Shown here in pieces: positions 41,401 through 50,652 of a DNA stretch of 64,000 nucleotides (position 1 is its first letter; every line of letters begins with the position of its first letter). The notes beneath the pieces were generated by a model, which did not search any database, was not told the DNA's origin, and was given only the letters and a program-made list of their open reading frames with translations. The stretch comes from Bacteroidetes/Chlorobi group bacterium MS-B_bin-24 (GTDB lineage: Bacteria; Bacteroidota; Ignavibacteria; Kapaibacteriales; UBA2268), in the NCBI GenBank assembly GCA_003731685.1, contig RCNO01000001.1, positions 53,342 to 117,341 on the forward strand, given 5' to 3'. Made by a program: the position numbers and the translations under genes.

Positions 41401-42254
41401 CTTTCAACCAAGAGAAAGCAAAAGTGGCAAAAGCCGAAACTGAAACTTCGGTAGGACAAAAGGAAATAATTAAGCTCATCGAAAAAATACAACCCGAAAT
41501 CAGCAGAAATATTTTCTCTTCCACTAAATTCAATATTTATTCAGTTGAACCAAAGAACTATATCAAAAGCTACTTTCTCGGTATCCATAGTTCCCTTTCC
41601 GAAATAATGAAAACCTCGTTCGACGAGGAGTTCGAGACCAAAGACAATCTTATAATTAGCTCGATAATTGGAAACACTATTCACTTTTGTATGGAAAATG
41701 TGTCTTACTGGTTCAGTCAGGATAATTTTTACATAGATAAATTAATCGAAACAATAGAAAACTCGATGTTCCAGCAGGAAAGATTACTTTCGCGAGACAT
41801 TCAAAACCTTATTCTCGAACAATGCTCAAACATTGTTCAAACAAAACTTTTCAAACAATACAAAGACATAATTCTACACTCACCGAAAGAATTTGAAATT
41901 TTATTGCCTCTTGGCAACGACTTTTTAACTGCAAAGATTGATTTGCTTTTCAAAAATCCATCGGGTGAATTTGAAATTTGGGATTGGAAGTCGAACAATA
42001 TAAAATCGGCTACGGAAATGCCCGATTATGCAGAATACTATCGCCAACAAATGGAAACTTACGCTTTGGCTTTGTCGTATCTTTATCCTGAACAACAAAC
42101 TTTCCGTGCTAAACTGCTTTTTACAAAACTTGCACGACCCGACATAAACGACAGCGATTGGACTTTCGAATTTTGTTGGAATAAAGCCGATTTGCGGGCT
42201 ATCGAATCCCATCTGACCTCGTTAATAACTAAAATGAACAATTTGGAAGTTTAA
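38412..42254 (+). CDS. AddA/RecB-like SF1 (UvrD-type) helicase with C-terminal PD-(D/E)xK nuclease domain
   Basis: 1280 aa. Helicase motifs I (NAGSGKT), II (DEFQDT), III (GDEKQSIYSFRNAD), V, VI (VATTRA). C-terminal RecB-nuclease motifs (IDLLF, EIWDWK, QMETY). Confidence 0.75.
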   Translation: MKQKKSLTKEQRDALNLNLHISLNANAGSGKTSVLVERYFSILEKAIRGELDVSPDEIVAITFTRKASAEMLSRIIKRFNSAFETTKPTNLNQEVGLDYIEKVRTIRNKLTNARISTIHSFCLQILSNYPIEADIPVNFREISESERLQLLDDAFNTTLMEWLDFPEKKTTLGKILSNISLADLRNLTQKVISNIDLWNDLQKLYSKSFDDYLQVLAEFFGETYHKCFNLFIQFFDTFFETYDGNEKIQEITTQIAIFLRYSKEVLQDKVNFSNALFDFETWNNYLNFVNAILTKDKKPRKRYFNEEVYEEIASKSREFAKMFAFFDKIINLNSFKQKVKEKSPEFNVEQRYFETSKAIFSFIQDVNNNFRKLKYDEGFIDFSDMLIKTNELFERHKNILEEVRNGIKFLLVDEFQDTDQLQFDIIRQLVPNEKNIGKIPNLFIVGDEKQSIYSFRNADVRVFQDAKFYIVELNDNNEDAWKLDFGKLKLTQTFRLKPEIAGFVDRTIGNIMLLSDAEPFSEFNIDYEPFVIPEIKLQQYQNPNAQKVAPITFLFEKTKDESIQTENSNATENEQENQSNNEETPKQSDYNKLDLLIARHINFIVENDEVQIYDKDIESFRTVNYSDFAILSRKIKDLAKIASVFASQNIPFIFQGSKNFFSAREIQDIISFLRFLVNPKNDVALVSILRSVFFGFTDEDLLNISTSTNEVLPFWIKLTNYFNILKTEENAIGNPDSELLSKINYAINVIERLRQLVSILPINELIHRILVETEWHKKFRGFKNFEQILANVDELLDYAREYVSLGFRTILDFIDDIDFISKSGISDADRFGFVSSNAVRLLTIHSAKGLEFPVVYLYRIDSEPRTKENIDVSRQIGLIFPMVVYLDNEVHKAPTLQNLLASTQLEIEQEAEELRLLYVATTRASDYLIITGSVAFNDKNECKTKYHLQKILEAIKLKVANKSSERISCDFEIKILKENDILEKAKINVPIDYYIDSFNQEKAKVAKAETETSVGQKEIIKLIEKIQPEISRNIFSSTKFNIYSVEPKNYIKSYFLGIHSSLSEIMKTSFDEEFETKDNLIISSIIGNTIHFCMENVSYWFSQDNFYIDKLIETIENSMFQQERLLSRDIQNLILEQCSNIVQTKLFKQYKDIILHSPKEFEILLPLGNDFLTAKIDLLFKNPSGEFEIWDWKSNNIKSATEMPDYAEYYRQQMETYALALSYLYPEQQTFRAKLLFTKLARPDINDSDWTFEFCWNKADLRAIESHLTSLITKMNNLEV

Positions 42255-43906
42255 GATTTGCTTTCGAGCAGTTTTCCAACATCAAGTATTTTCAAGTCGT
42301 AGCGGTGCTGGTTTATCCAATTCATCACAATTCTAATCTCGTCCATCTCTTCTTTGTTCAACTTACCATCAATATTCCAATTTTTCTCGAAAAATTTTGA
42401 AACCTTTTCAAGAAGGAACTCGAAGCTGGGGTATTCGTTCAAATATGCATCCCAAACAAGTTTGCCATTATGAATCAAAAGAACCTCTACACCGCTGTAA
42501 TTACCATTTCTCGGATATATTGCAAGGAAATTTCTTTCGCTTAATTGGGCAAAATTTTCCAAGTCGTTTCCAAAAACCTTTCTAACCTCGTAAATTTGAT
42601 TTTTGATTTCATTTGCTTGCTCAAAATCGAAATTATCGGCATAGGAAAACATCAAAGACTCAAGTGTTTGTATCAAACCATTGTCCACATTTGTCAAAAA
42701 ATCACGAACCCCGTTTAATTCGTCGTAATACTCCTCATCCTGAAAATCTTCCAAACAAGGCGCCAAACATTTTTTTGTTTGAAAATACAAACAAGTTGTT
42801 TCGGGATGTTTTCTATCGAACTCACTTTTGCACTTTTTCAATCTGAACTTTTTGTAAATAATGTCCAAAACAAGTTCGGCAGTTTCCCGATTCTTGAACG
42901 GTCCAAAGCAAATTCCCTCGTTTGGGTTAGGTTCGTAGGTAATATTGAAAACAGGATATCGTTTTTCGTTGGAAACTTGAATAAAAGGAAAACTTCTTAA
43001 CCTTTTGCTCACAACATTAAACTCTGGCTTATACAATTTAATTTGTCGACTTTCCTCAATTAACGCACGGAGCTCGGTCGAAGTTGTCTGCCATCTAATC
43101 TTTTTTGTTGCCCGCAGCAATCGAATAATTTTTCGGGAAGTTGTCGTGGTAAAATAACTTTGAATCCGCTTTTTCAAAGACTTAGCCTTGCCAATGTAAA
43201 GCACATTCTCATTGTCATCGATAAAATAATAGACTCCGGGAGAATCTGGCAACTCTTCGCTTTCAAAGTATGGCTTGCCTAGTATCTTTTGGGCAACATT
43301 GTATGAAAAATAAGGCTTATATTGAAACTGCAATAAGTCTTCGGTTTCGGTGATATTGTGTTCATTTTCGGCAATTTCGAGAAGTTCTATTAAAATTTGG
43401 GCAGTTGCCCGAGCATCACCAAAGGCTCGGTGTCGATTCTTTATTCTTATTCCGAGATATTCCGAAAGTGCCCCAACATTCTTCTTGTTTATTCCTCCAA
43501 TCAATCTTCTGGCAAGGCGTAGAGTACAAAGTTTGGGGATTTCGGGAAATTCAAAGCCATTTTTCTCGAAAGACTTTTGTACAAAAGAGTAATCGAAATT
43601 GACATTGTGTGCAACAAAAACACTATCTTTTGTAAAAAATCTTTTCAATTCTGGAATAATAACACGAAAATCTGGTGCGTTGTATGTCATTTCATTTGTA
43701 ATACCAGTCATTTGGGTTATAAACTTGGGAATATTTTGATGCGGATTTACAAGGGTAGATAATTCTTCTAAAATCTCACCATTTTTGACTAAAATGCAAG
43801 AAATTTCGATAACATTGTTGTATTCGGGTTTGGAACCTGTTGTTTCAACATCAACAACAACAAATTTTGTTTCCCAGATTGATTGCATCGATAAATAAAA
43901 AAACAA
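42251..43906 (-). CDS. DnaQ-like 3'-5' exonuclease fused to GIY-YIG (UvrC/Cho-like) nuclease domain
   Basis: 551 aa. DEDDh exonuclease motifs (VVDVETTG, HNVNFD, H..GDA). GIY-YIG (PGVYYF...VLYIGKA). UvrC-like Cys cluster. Confidence 0.7.
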   Translation of the reverse strand: MFFYLSMQSIWETKFVVVDVETTGSKPEYNNVIEISCILVKNGEILEELSTLVNPHQNIPKFITQMTGITNEMTYNAPDFRVIIPELKRFFTKDSVFVAHNVNFDYSFVQKSFEKNGFEFPEIPKLCTLRLARRLIGGINKKNVGALSEYLGIRIKNRHRAFGDARATAQILIELLEIAENEHNITETEDLLQFQYKPYFSYNVAQKILGKPYFESEELPDSPGVYYFIDDNENVLYIGKAKSLKKRIQSYFTTTTSRKIIRLLRATKKIRWQTTSTELRALIEESRQIKLYKPEFNVVSKRLRSFPFIQVSNEKRYPVFNITYEPNPNEGICFGPFKNRETAELVLDIIYKKFRLKKCKSEFDRKHPETTCLYFQTKKCLAPCLEDFQDEEYYDELNGVRDFLTNVDNGLIQTLESLMFSYADNFDFEQANEIKNQIYEVRKVFGNDLENFAQLSERNFLAIYPRNGNYSGVEVLLIHNGKLVWDAYLNEYPSFEFLLEKVSKFFEKNWNIDGKLNKEEMDEIRIVMNWINQHRYDLKILDVGKLLESKS

Positions 43907-44048
43907 AATTAAGAAATATCATCTATAAATTTAGCATTAACTTACCAATAAAAGGAATGAATACAACTATTTCAAATCTCGATAATTAATAACAAAAAAC
44001 AAATTAATTGAATTTTCGTTTATTAAAAATCGATAATCGAGGGAAGAG

Positions 44049-44783
44049 ATGGACGACGGAAATCCAAGAAAACCTGTGAGACCAACTACAAATAGGGCTC
44101 GTGACATTTTCAACACATATATACGCCACGAAAGTGGCAAACAAATTCCAATTTCTTCGGCAGAGGAAACTTCCGAAAATGTTTTGGAAAATACAGCCGC
44201 AACTGAAGAGACCGGAGTTAAACCTACGGAACAGCAAGTTCAAAATGATGAACTAATTAACGAAATCGAGAAGCTCCGCGAGGAGGTTAAGCAATTGCAA
44301 AGCAGGGTGGAACAACTGGAAAAGGAAAAAGCTGAACTTTACGAACAAATTCTGCGAAAAGCAGCAGAGTTCGAAAACTTCCGCCGTCGTTCTCAAAAAG
44401 AGAAAGAAGAACTTATAAAATACGGGAACGAAAAGCTCCTTTTTGAATTTCTTTCCTTGCTCGACGACCTTAGTAATGCTGTAAATTCTGCAAAATCGAA
44501 TGCCGATTTTAATGCACTCGCCTCCGGTGTCGAATTAATTTTAAACAAAGCCAAAAAACTTTTCGAGCAGGCTGGTGTTACCGAAATTGAAAGCCCAGTT
44601 GGTAAACCTTTCAACGTCGATTTCCACGAAGCACTGATGACTATGCCTTCGGAATTGCCCGAAGGATATGTGGTTCAAGAACTTCAAAAAGGCTATAAAT
44701 TTTACGATAAAGTCCTACGGCACACAAAAGTTATTACCTCATCTGGTCAAACTGGTGGGGACGGTGAACAAAAATATGTTTAA
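44049..44783 (+). CDS. grpE: nucleotide exchange factor GrpE
   Basis: 244 aa. Disordered N-terminus, coiled-coil, then the GrpE core (AEFENFRRR, C-terminal beta domain). Confidence 0.85.
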   Translation: MDDGNPRKPVRPTTNRARDIFNTYIRHESGKQIPISSAEETSENVLENTAATEETGVKPTEQQVQNDELINEIEKLREEVKQLQSRVEQLEKEKAELYEQILRKAAEFENFRRRSQKEKEELIKYGNEKLLFEFLSLLDDLSNAVNSAKSNADFNALASGVELILNKAKKLFEQAGVTEIESPVGKPFNVDFHEALMTMPSELPEGYVVQELQKGYKFYDKVLRHTKVITSSGQTGGDGEQKYV

Positions 44784-44798
44784 TTAAGGTCTAACAAT

Positions 44799-45965
44799 AT
44801 GAACAAACGAGATTACTACGAAATTTTAGGTGTTCCAAGAAATGCTTCGATTGAAGAAATTAAGTCGGCATACAGAAAGCTGGCTATGAAATATCATCCC
44901 GACAGGAACCCCGGCAACAAAGAAGCAGAAGAAAAATTCAAAGAAGCCACCGAAGCCTACGAAGTTCTTAGCGACCCTGAAAAACGCCAGCGTTATGACC
45001 AATATGGCCACGAAGGTCTCCGCAGCGGATACGATTACCATACATATACTTCAATCGACGATATTTTCTCTGCTTTCAGCGATATATTCGGTGGGTTCGG
45101 TGGAAGCATATTTGATGAATTCTTTGGAACTGGCACACGCAGTCGAAGAACTCGTCAGGTAAATATTGGAGAACGAGGCTCCGATTTAAAGATTCGACTG
45201 CTATTAACTCTCGAAGAGATTGCAACTGGAACTGAAAAAGTAATTAAGCTAAAAAAATACATTGTTTGCGATGTTTGCAATGGTAGCGGTGCAAAAGCTG
45301 GTTCGGGCTATCGAACCTGTCCAACCTGCAACGGAACTGGCGAAATTCGGCACGTTTCCCGTTCCTTTTTTGGTCAATTTATTAACATCACAAGCTGCTC
45401 AACTTGTGGTGGTAGCGGTAAAGTAGTTGCCGAAAAATGTCCCAAATGTAATGGCGAAGGGAGAACACAAGGAGAAGAAACCATTACAATAAAAATTCCT
45501 GCTGGTGTTGAAGATGGCAACTACATTCCTTTGACTGGTAAAGGCAATGCAGGGAAACGAGGCGGACCAGCGGGTGACCTAATCGTCGTTATCGAGGAAA
45601 AGAAACACGAATACTTCTACCGAAACAAAGATGATGTTTACTACGAACTACTCATCAGTTTCCCCGAGGCTGTACTTGGGACAAAAATCGAAATTCCAAC
45701 ACTTTACGGCAAGGAAACTATTAAAATCGAACCGGGGACACAGCCGGGTACCCGAATCAAATTATCAGGCAAAGGTATTCCCCATCTGAATCAATATGGC
45801 AAAGGCGACCAAATTGTTATCGTAAATGTATACGTTCCAACCAATCTCAACTCAAAAGAAAAGGCTTTGCTCAAAGAACTCTCTCAAAGTCCAAACATCA
45901 AGCCAAAGGATTCGGACTCAAAATCAAAAGATTTTTTCTCTAAAATAAAAGAGGTATTAAGTTAA
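44799..45965 (+). CDS. dnaJ: molecular chaperone DnaJ
   Basis: J-domain with HPD. G/F-rich region. Four CxxCxGxG zinc-finger repeats. Confidence 0.9.
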   Translation: MNKRDYYEILGVPRNASIEEIKSAYRKLAMKYHPDRNPGNKEAEEKFKEATEAYEVLSDPEKRQRYDQYGHEGLRSGYDYHTYTSIDDIFSAFSDIFGGFGGSIFDEFFGTGTRSRRTRQVNIGERGSDLKIRLLLTLEEIATGTEKVIKLKKYIVCDVCNGSGAKAGSGYRTCPTCNGTGEIRHVSRSFFGQFINITSCSTCGGSGKVVAEKCPKCNGEGRTQGEETITIKIPAGVEDGNYIPLTGKGNAGKRGGPAGDLIVVIEEKKHEYFYRNKDDVYYELLISFPEAVLGTKIEIPTLYGKETIKIEPGTQPGTRIKLSGKGIPHLNQYGKGDQIVIVNVYVPTNLNSKEKALLKELSQSPNIKPKDSDSKSKDFFSKIKEVLS

Positions 45966-46051
45966 ATCATTCAGATACAAATTAAATGGGCGAACTTCAA
46001 CATTCGCCCAAATGTTTTTTAACTAAATCCTAATTATAACTAAATCTCTTT

Positions 46052-46948
46052 CTAATACGAACTTGCAAGAGCGATGGACATAAGTTTACTACGTTCGGTG
46101 TCGGCGCGGGAGGTTAGAACTATAGGCACAAGTGCACCAAGAATAATAGCAGCAACGACACCTTTTGCAAAATATGTAAAACTCTTGTAAAGGGCATTAC
46201 CTGTCTCGATTTCAGGAGCAACAAGCAGGTCGGCATCGCCAGCGACAGGGCTTTCCAGACCCTTATGTTCAGATGCTTCCCGGGAAACTGCTACATCGAA
46301 AGCAAGCGGACCATCGATGGTGCAACCCTTTATCTGCTTCCGCCTGTTCATCATTGTAATCAAAGAAGCATCAACGGTCGCTTGCATCTTCGGATTCACG
46401 CTTTCGACTGCTGCAAGCAAAGCTACCTTTGGATTTTCTATCCCAAGACGATGCAGTAAATCGATGCTATTTTGAATAATAGAAATCTTCTCTTCAAGAT
46501 TGGGAGCGATATTTTGAGCCGCATCGGTCAAAGCAATGAGCTTATGATACGTTGGAATTTCGAAAAGCCCAATATGGCTGAGCAAATTCCCTGTCCTCAA
46601 TCCAATCTCTTTATCAAGAATAGCACGCAAATAGTCGGCAGTGCCAACCAATCCTTTCATAATGATTTGAGCATACCCTTCGCGCACCAACCGGACAGCA
46701 ATTTTCGCCGATTTCGCTGGTTCGCTCTCCTCGTGAAATTCAAAACGGGAAATATCAAATTCAATCTTTTCTGCAATAATTTTGGTTTTTTCTTTATTGC
46801 CAACAAGTATTGGTTCAACAATGCCCAATTCGTGTGCTTGTTTCAATGCAAGAAGCACTTGGTCATCTCCGGCAGCAGCAACAACTATTTTTTTCTTTGG
46901 CTTTTTTAGTGAAACCTCAATTAAATTATCCAACTTATCGAGAACCAT
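46052..46948 (-). CDS. phosphate butyryl/acetyltransferase (Ptb/Pta family)
   Basis: 298 aa. Phosphate acyltransferase fold blocks (ILVGN, ESPVAGDADLLVAP). Confidence 0.7.
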   Translation of the reverse strand: MVLDKLDNLIEVSLKKPKKKIVVAAAGDDQVLLALKQAHELGIVEPILVGNKEKTKIIAEKIEFDISRFEFHEESEPAKSAKIAVRLVREGYAQIIMKGLVGTADYLRAILDKEIGLRTGNLLSHIGLFEIPTYHKLIALTDAAQNIAPNLEEKISIIQNSIDLLHRLGIENPKVALLAAVESVNPKMQATVDASLITMMNRRKQIKGCTIDGPLAFDVAVSREASEHKGLESPVAGDADLLVAPEIETGNALYKSFTYFAKGVVAAIILGALVPIVLTSRADTERSKLMSIALASSY

Positions 46949-46957
46949 ACATCCTCC

Positions 46958-48481
46958 TTAATCTAATGGACCTATTGCTTTTTCTACTTCATTTAAAATT
47001 TCACAACTTTTCACAAGCTCTTTCATCTTGTTATGGTCAATAAACAAAGGTCTATCTTTATCGAGGAACTCGACATACTTGCGAATAACTTGGCGAGCCA
47101 CCTCGACACCTTTGCCAACCTTGAATCCTCTTAAATCGAGCGCCTGCGCAGCCGCCATAAATTCAATTCCAAGCACACCATAGGCATTATCTAAAATTTG
47201 TTCATTCTTAATGGCTGTATTCATCCCCATCGAAACGAAATCTTCTTGGTCGGCGGCAGCAGGAATAGATTGAATTGATGCCGGAACAGACAATATCCTT
47301 TGCTCAACTATCAGCATATCTGCTGTATATTGACTTAACATCAATCCCGAATAGAAACCGGGATTTTTGGTCAAAAAAGCAGGCAAACCTTGGCTCAAAG
47401 CAGGATTCAACAATCGGTTCAATCTCCGTTCCGAAAGTACACTAACCATTGTAACACTTGCGCCTACAAAATCCATCGGCAAAGAAATTGGAGTACCTTG
47501 GAAATTTGCACCCGTAAGAGTTAGATTATCCTCGACTACAAAAATGGGATTATCGCCGACGCCATTTAGTTCAATCTCTACTTGTTGCCAAGCATATTTC
47601 ACAGCATCCCGAGCAGCCCCAATAACTTGTGGAGTCGAACGCATTGAATAAGCATCCTGGACTTTCGTTTTAACTTTTCCTGTAAGCAAATCGCTACCTT
47701 CGATACACTTCATAATTGAACGAGCAGATTTGATGGCACCTTCGAAGCCGCGCAACTTATGGACACGCTCGTCGTATGGTTTCAAATTAGCTAAAAGAGC
47801 TTCCAAAGTCATAGCAGCAGCAATTTCGGCTTGCTTAATCCATCGAGCAATGTCCCATAATTGCAGAGCACTTATTGCAGTAATAAAATTGGAACCATTA
47901 ATGATTGCAAGACCATCGCGAGCTTGCAGCCCCGGGATTTTTATCCCCGCCTCTTCGAAAGCTTTATGCCCAGGCAATCGCTCACCATTGTAGAAAGCTT
48001 CCCCTTCGCCCATCATCAGCAAAGCAATCTGCGACATAGGGGCTAAATCGCCACAAGCCCCAACAGACCCCTTGCGACATACAACCGGAATAACATTCTT
48101 GTTCAACATCTCAACAAGTGTCAAAGTTATTTCGGGGCGACAAGCAGAATAACCTTTTGCATGAACATTAATCCGGCTGGCAATTGCCCCTCGAACATAC
48201 TCAATCGGCATCGGCTCGCCAATCCCTGCTGAATGGTTATAAACAAGATACTTCTGGAATTCTCGAACTTCCTCGTCGGACAGCACAATCTCCGAAAACT
48301 CGCCAATCCCAGTATTCGTGCCGTACATTATTTCCCGACTTGCAAGCTTCCTTTCGAGCATCTGACGACAAGCTTTAATCCTTTCGAGTGCTTCTGGGGC
48401 TAATTCGACTTTTTCCCCATAACGGGCAATTCTAACAAGTTTTTCGATTGTTAAACTTTTACCATCAAGAATTATAGCCAT
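46958..48481 (-). CDS. hutH: histidine ammonia-lyase (MIO-dependent aromatic amino acid lyase family)
   Basis: 507 aa. Strong HAL-family match throughout (YGTNTGIG, NHSAGIGEP, GSVGACGDLAP). Precursor triad is Ala142-Cys143-Gly144. Confidence 0.8.
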   Translation of the reverse strand: MAIILDGKSLTIEKLVRIARYGEKVELAPEALERIKACRQMLERKLASREIMYGTNTGIGEFSEIVLSDEEVREFQKYLVYNHSAGIGEPMPIEYVRGAIASRINVHAKGYSACRPEITLTLVEMLNKNVIPVVCRKGSVGACGDLAPMSQIALLMMGEGEAFYNGERLPGHKAFEEAGIKIPGLQARDGLAIINGSNFITAISALQLWDIARWIKQAEIAAAMTLEALLANLKPYDERVHKLRGFEGAIKSARSIMKCIEGSDLLTGKVKTKVQDAYSMRSTPQVIGAARDAVKYAWQQVEIELNGVGDNPIFVVEDNLTLTGANFQGTPISLPMDFVGASVTMVSVLSERRLNRLLNPALSQGLPAFLTKNPGFYSGLMLSQYTADMLIVEQRILSVPASIQSIPAAADQEDFVSMGMNTAIKNEQILDNAYGVLGIEFMAAAQALDLRGFKVGKGVEVARQVIRKYVEFLDKDRPLFIDHNKMKELVKSCEILNEVEKAIGPLD

Positions 48482-48626
48482 ATTTCACCAGTAAAAAAAA
48501 GCAAAATTAAGAATTAAAAACTTGCCAATTGGTATGTATTCTTTAAACTTAATTAAATTGTTGTTTCGATTTAAACTTTTTTCGTCGAATTTGATTAATT
48601 TTACTTTTGGAAGAAAAACATTTTGA

Positions 48627-49934
48627 TTGGTGAAAAAAGAAAAGTACATCAAAACCATTAATTTGCTATTATTCGACTCTATTTCATTTTCTGTCGCTTT
48701 TCTTTTAGCAAATCTGAGTCACAGCATTCTCTATCACTTCAGTTCCCTATCGTCCGAACATCTATACTTCCAATTTGTGTTTTTATTAGTGATTTATCTT
48801 CTAATCCTTTTTACTTTTGGATTTTATGATAAAATAAGATTTCTTCAACAAGATTTAAAGTATTTTTTTGTTGCAGGAATAATTTTTGGTATAGTTACAC
48901 TCGCTTTTACCAATTATTTTGATAACTTTTCTGCAGGTTTTGTTTCAATATTAACTATTCTGTTGCTTATAATACCACCTATTTCGAGAATTTTTGCACG
49001 TAAGACATTTAAACACATCAATCTACAAGAAAAAGTATTTCTGGATATTCACGACCAGTTGAAAAATTTTATACGTGAATTTATTTTGAAGGATTCTTAT
49101 TTGAATCTTCGGGAGACAGCCGACCCCGAAACAGCTGATTTGATAATTCTATCAAACACATCAAATAACATAGGAACTGTTTTGGCAAGTTATCTTAACA
49201 CAAACAAAAAAATTTTCCTTTCCGACGAATACGGCGTTCTCTTTCCAATTCGGAAAAAGAATGCTAGGCAGATTCTTCAAAAGAGCCTTAGCTATGCTTC
49301 ACAAAAAATGTCGAAAGTGCAATATTATTTGGCAATAAAAAGGATATTCGATTTTGGCTTCTTATTGATTTTTTCACCTTTTATTTTGTTTTTGTTTTCA
49401 ATAACCGGGCTTGCTATTCTTATCTTTTCGGGAAAACCTATAATTTTTGCCAACTTTCGTATTGGTAAGGATTTCAAACCTTTTAAAATGTATAAATTCC
49501 GAACGATGAAAAACAAATCATCAAGTTTATTAACCCAGCTCTTACAAGAAAATTTTTCCATCAAATTAGAATTCCAAAAATACAATAAACTCAAAAATGA
49601 CCCCAGAATAACTCCAATCGGAAAGTTCCTTAGGAAAACTTCTTTGGACGAAGTCCCTCAATTTATCAATGTCCTTATAGGAAATATGAATGTTGTTGGA
49701 CCAAGACCAGTGCTCATACAATCAATCAATGAAGTGGTTAAATACAAAGACACAGTTTTTAAATTTAAACCAGGAATTACGGGGCTTTGGCAAGTTTCGG
49801 GCAGGAACCAAACCACATTTGCAAGGCGTTTGGAAATCGACGCATGGTATGTTCTAAACTGGTCAATTTTTCTTGACCTTGTAATTTGTTTCAAAACTGT
49901 TGCTAAAATTATTTCTGCAGAAGGGGCTTATTGA
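48627..49934 (+). CDS. polyprenyl-phosphate hexose-1-phosphate transferase (bacterial sugar transferase, WbaP/CpsE-like)
   Basis: 435 aa. N-terminal TM helices. C-terminal sugar transferase domain with the conserved R-x7-DE-PQ block (RKTSLDEVPQ...GPRP). Confidence 0.75.
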   Translation: MVKKEKYIKTINLLLFDSISFSVAFLLANLSHSILYHFSSLSSEHLYFQFVFLLVIYLLILFTFGFYDKIRFLQQDLKYFFVAGIIFGIVTLAFTNYFDNFSAGFVSILTILLLIIPPISRIFARKTFKHINLQEKVFLDIHDQLKNFIREFILKDSYLNLRETADPETADLIILSNTSNNIGTVLASYLNTNKKIFLSDEYGVLFPIRKKNARQILQKSLSYASQKMSKVQYYLAIKRIFDFGFLLIFSPFILFLFSITGLAILIFSGKPIIFANFRIGKDFKPFKMYKFRTMKNKSSSLLTQLLQENFSIKLEFQKYNKLKNDPRITPIGKFLRKTSLDEVPQFINVLIGNMNVVGPRPVLIQSINEVVKYKDTVFKFKPGITGLWQVSGRNQTTFARRLEIDAWYVLNWSIFLDLVICFKTVAKIISAEGAY

Positions 49935-49968
49935 GTTGATAGAAAGCATTGGTACATTCTTGTACTTG

Positions 49969-50652
49969 CTACTTCATTAGTTCTTCATATTCCCTAACAA
50001 TTGCAACAGCACTGCTGGCACCAATTCTTGCTACCCCTAGTTCGATAAACTTTTGCACTTGTTCCAATGTCTTTATCCCGCCCGAAGCCTTAATTTTGGT
50101 TGCACCGCTAATATTTTCCTTTATTATCGAAATATCTTCGAATGAAGCCCCGCGCGAAATCACTCCTGTTGAGGTTTTAACAAAGTCAACATTGTAATTG
50201 CAAAGGATTCTTGTTGCCAAAGAAATTTCTTCGGGCAAAAGCAATCCCGTTTCGATAATCACTTTTAATTTCACGTTATGGCTGTGGCAAATCTGAACAG
50301 CCATTTCAATATCTTTTTCAAACATATCGAACTTTTTCCCAATGAACAAAGGAATACTCATTACCAAATCGATTTCGTCGACGGCAGATTTTACTAACTC
50401 CTCCACTTGTTGCCATCGCGAATTCAAAAGACTTGCACCATAGGGAAAATCTGCAACAGATACAACTTTGACATTGCTCGATTTTAAAATAGAAACAACT
50501 TCTTGGACATAGTAAGGCTGAACACAAAGTCCATAAAAGCCAAACTCGATTGTTTCATCGCACAGTTTCTTTATCTCTTCGAATGTTAAATTATTCCGAA
50601 GATTAGTGTAATCAAAATACTTACCCAAATCGATTGACTTATTCATACTCAT
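49969..50652 (-). CDS. deoC: deoxyribose-phosphate aldolase
   Basis: 227 aa. TIM-barrel DeoC blocks (VKTSTGV, Schiff-base Lys region IKASGGI). Confidence 0.8.
   Translation of the reverse strand: MSMNKSIDLGKYFDYTNLRNNLTFEEIKKLCDETIEFGFYGLCVQPYYVQEVVSILKSSNVKVVSVADFPYGASLLNSRWQQVEELVKSAVDEIDLVMSIPLFIGKKFDMFEKDIEMAVQICHSHNVKLKVIIETGLLLPEEISLATRILCNYNVDFVKTSTGVISRGASFEDISIIKENISGATKIKASGGIKTLEQVQKFIELGVARIGASSAVAIVREYEELMK

Noticed and set aside
43907-44048. CIRCE / HrcA operator upstream of grpE
   Set aside because: Only a partial TTAGCATTAAC with no matching inverted half-site.
45988-46010. Hairpin GGGCGAA-N9-TTCGCCC between convergent dnaJ and ptb
   Set aside because: 7-bp stem with a 9-nt loop and an interrupted U-run (AAATGTTTTTT). 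Plausible weak bidirectional terminator but below my reporting threshold.
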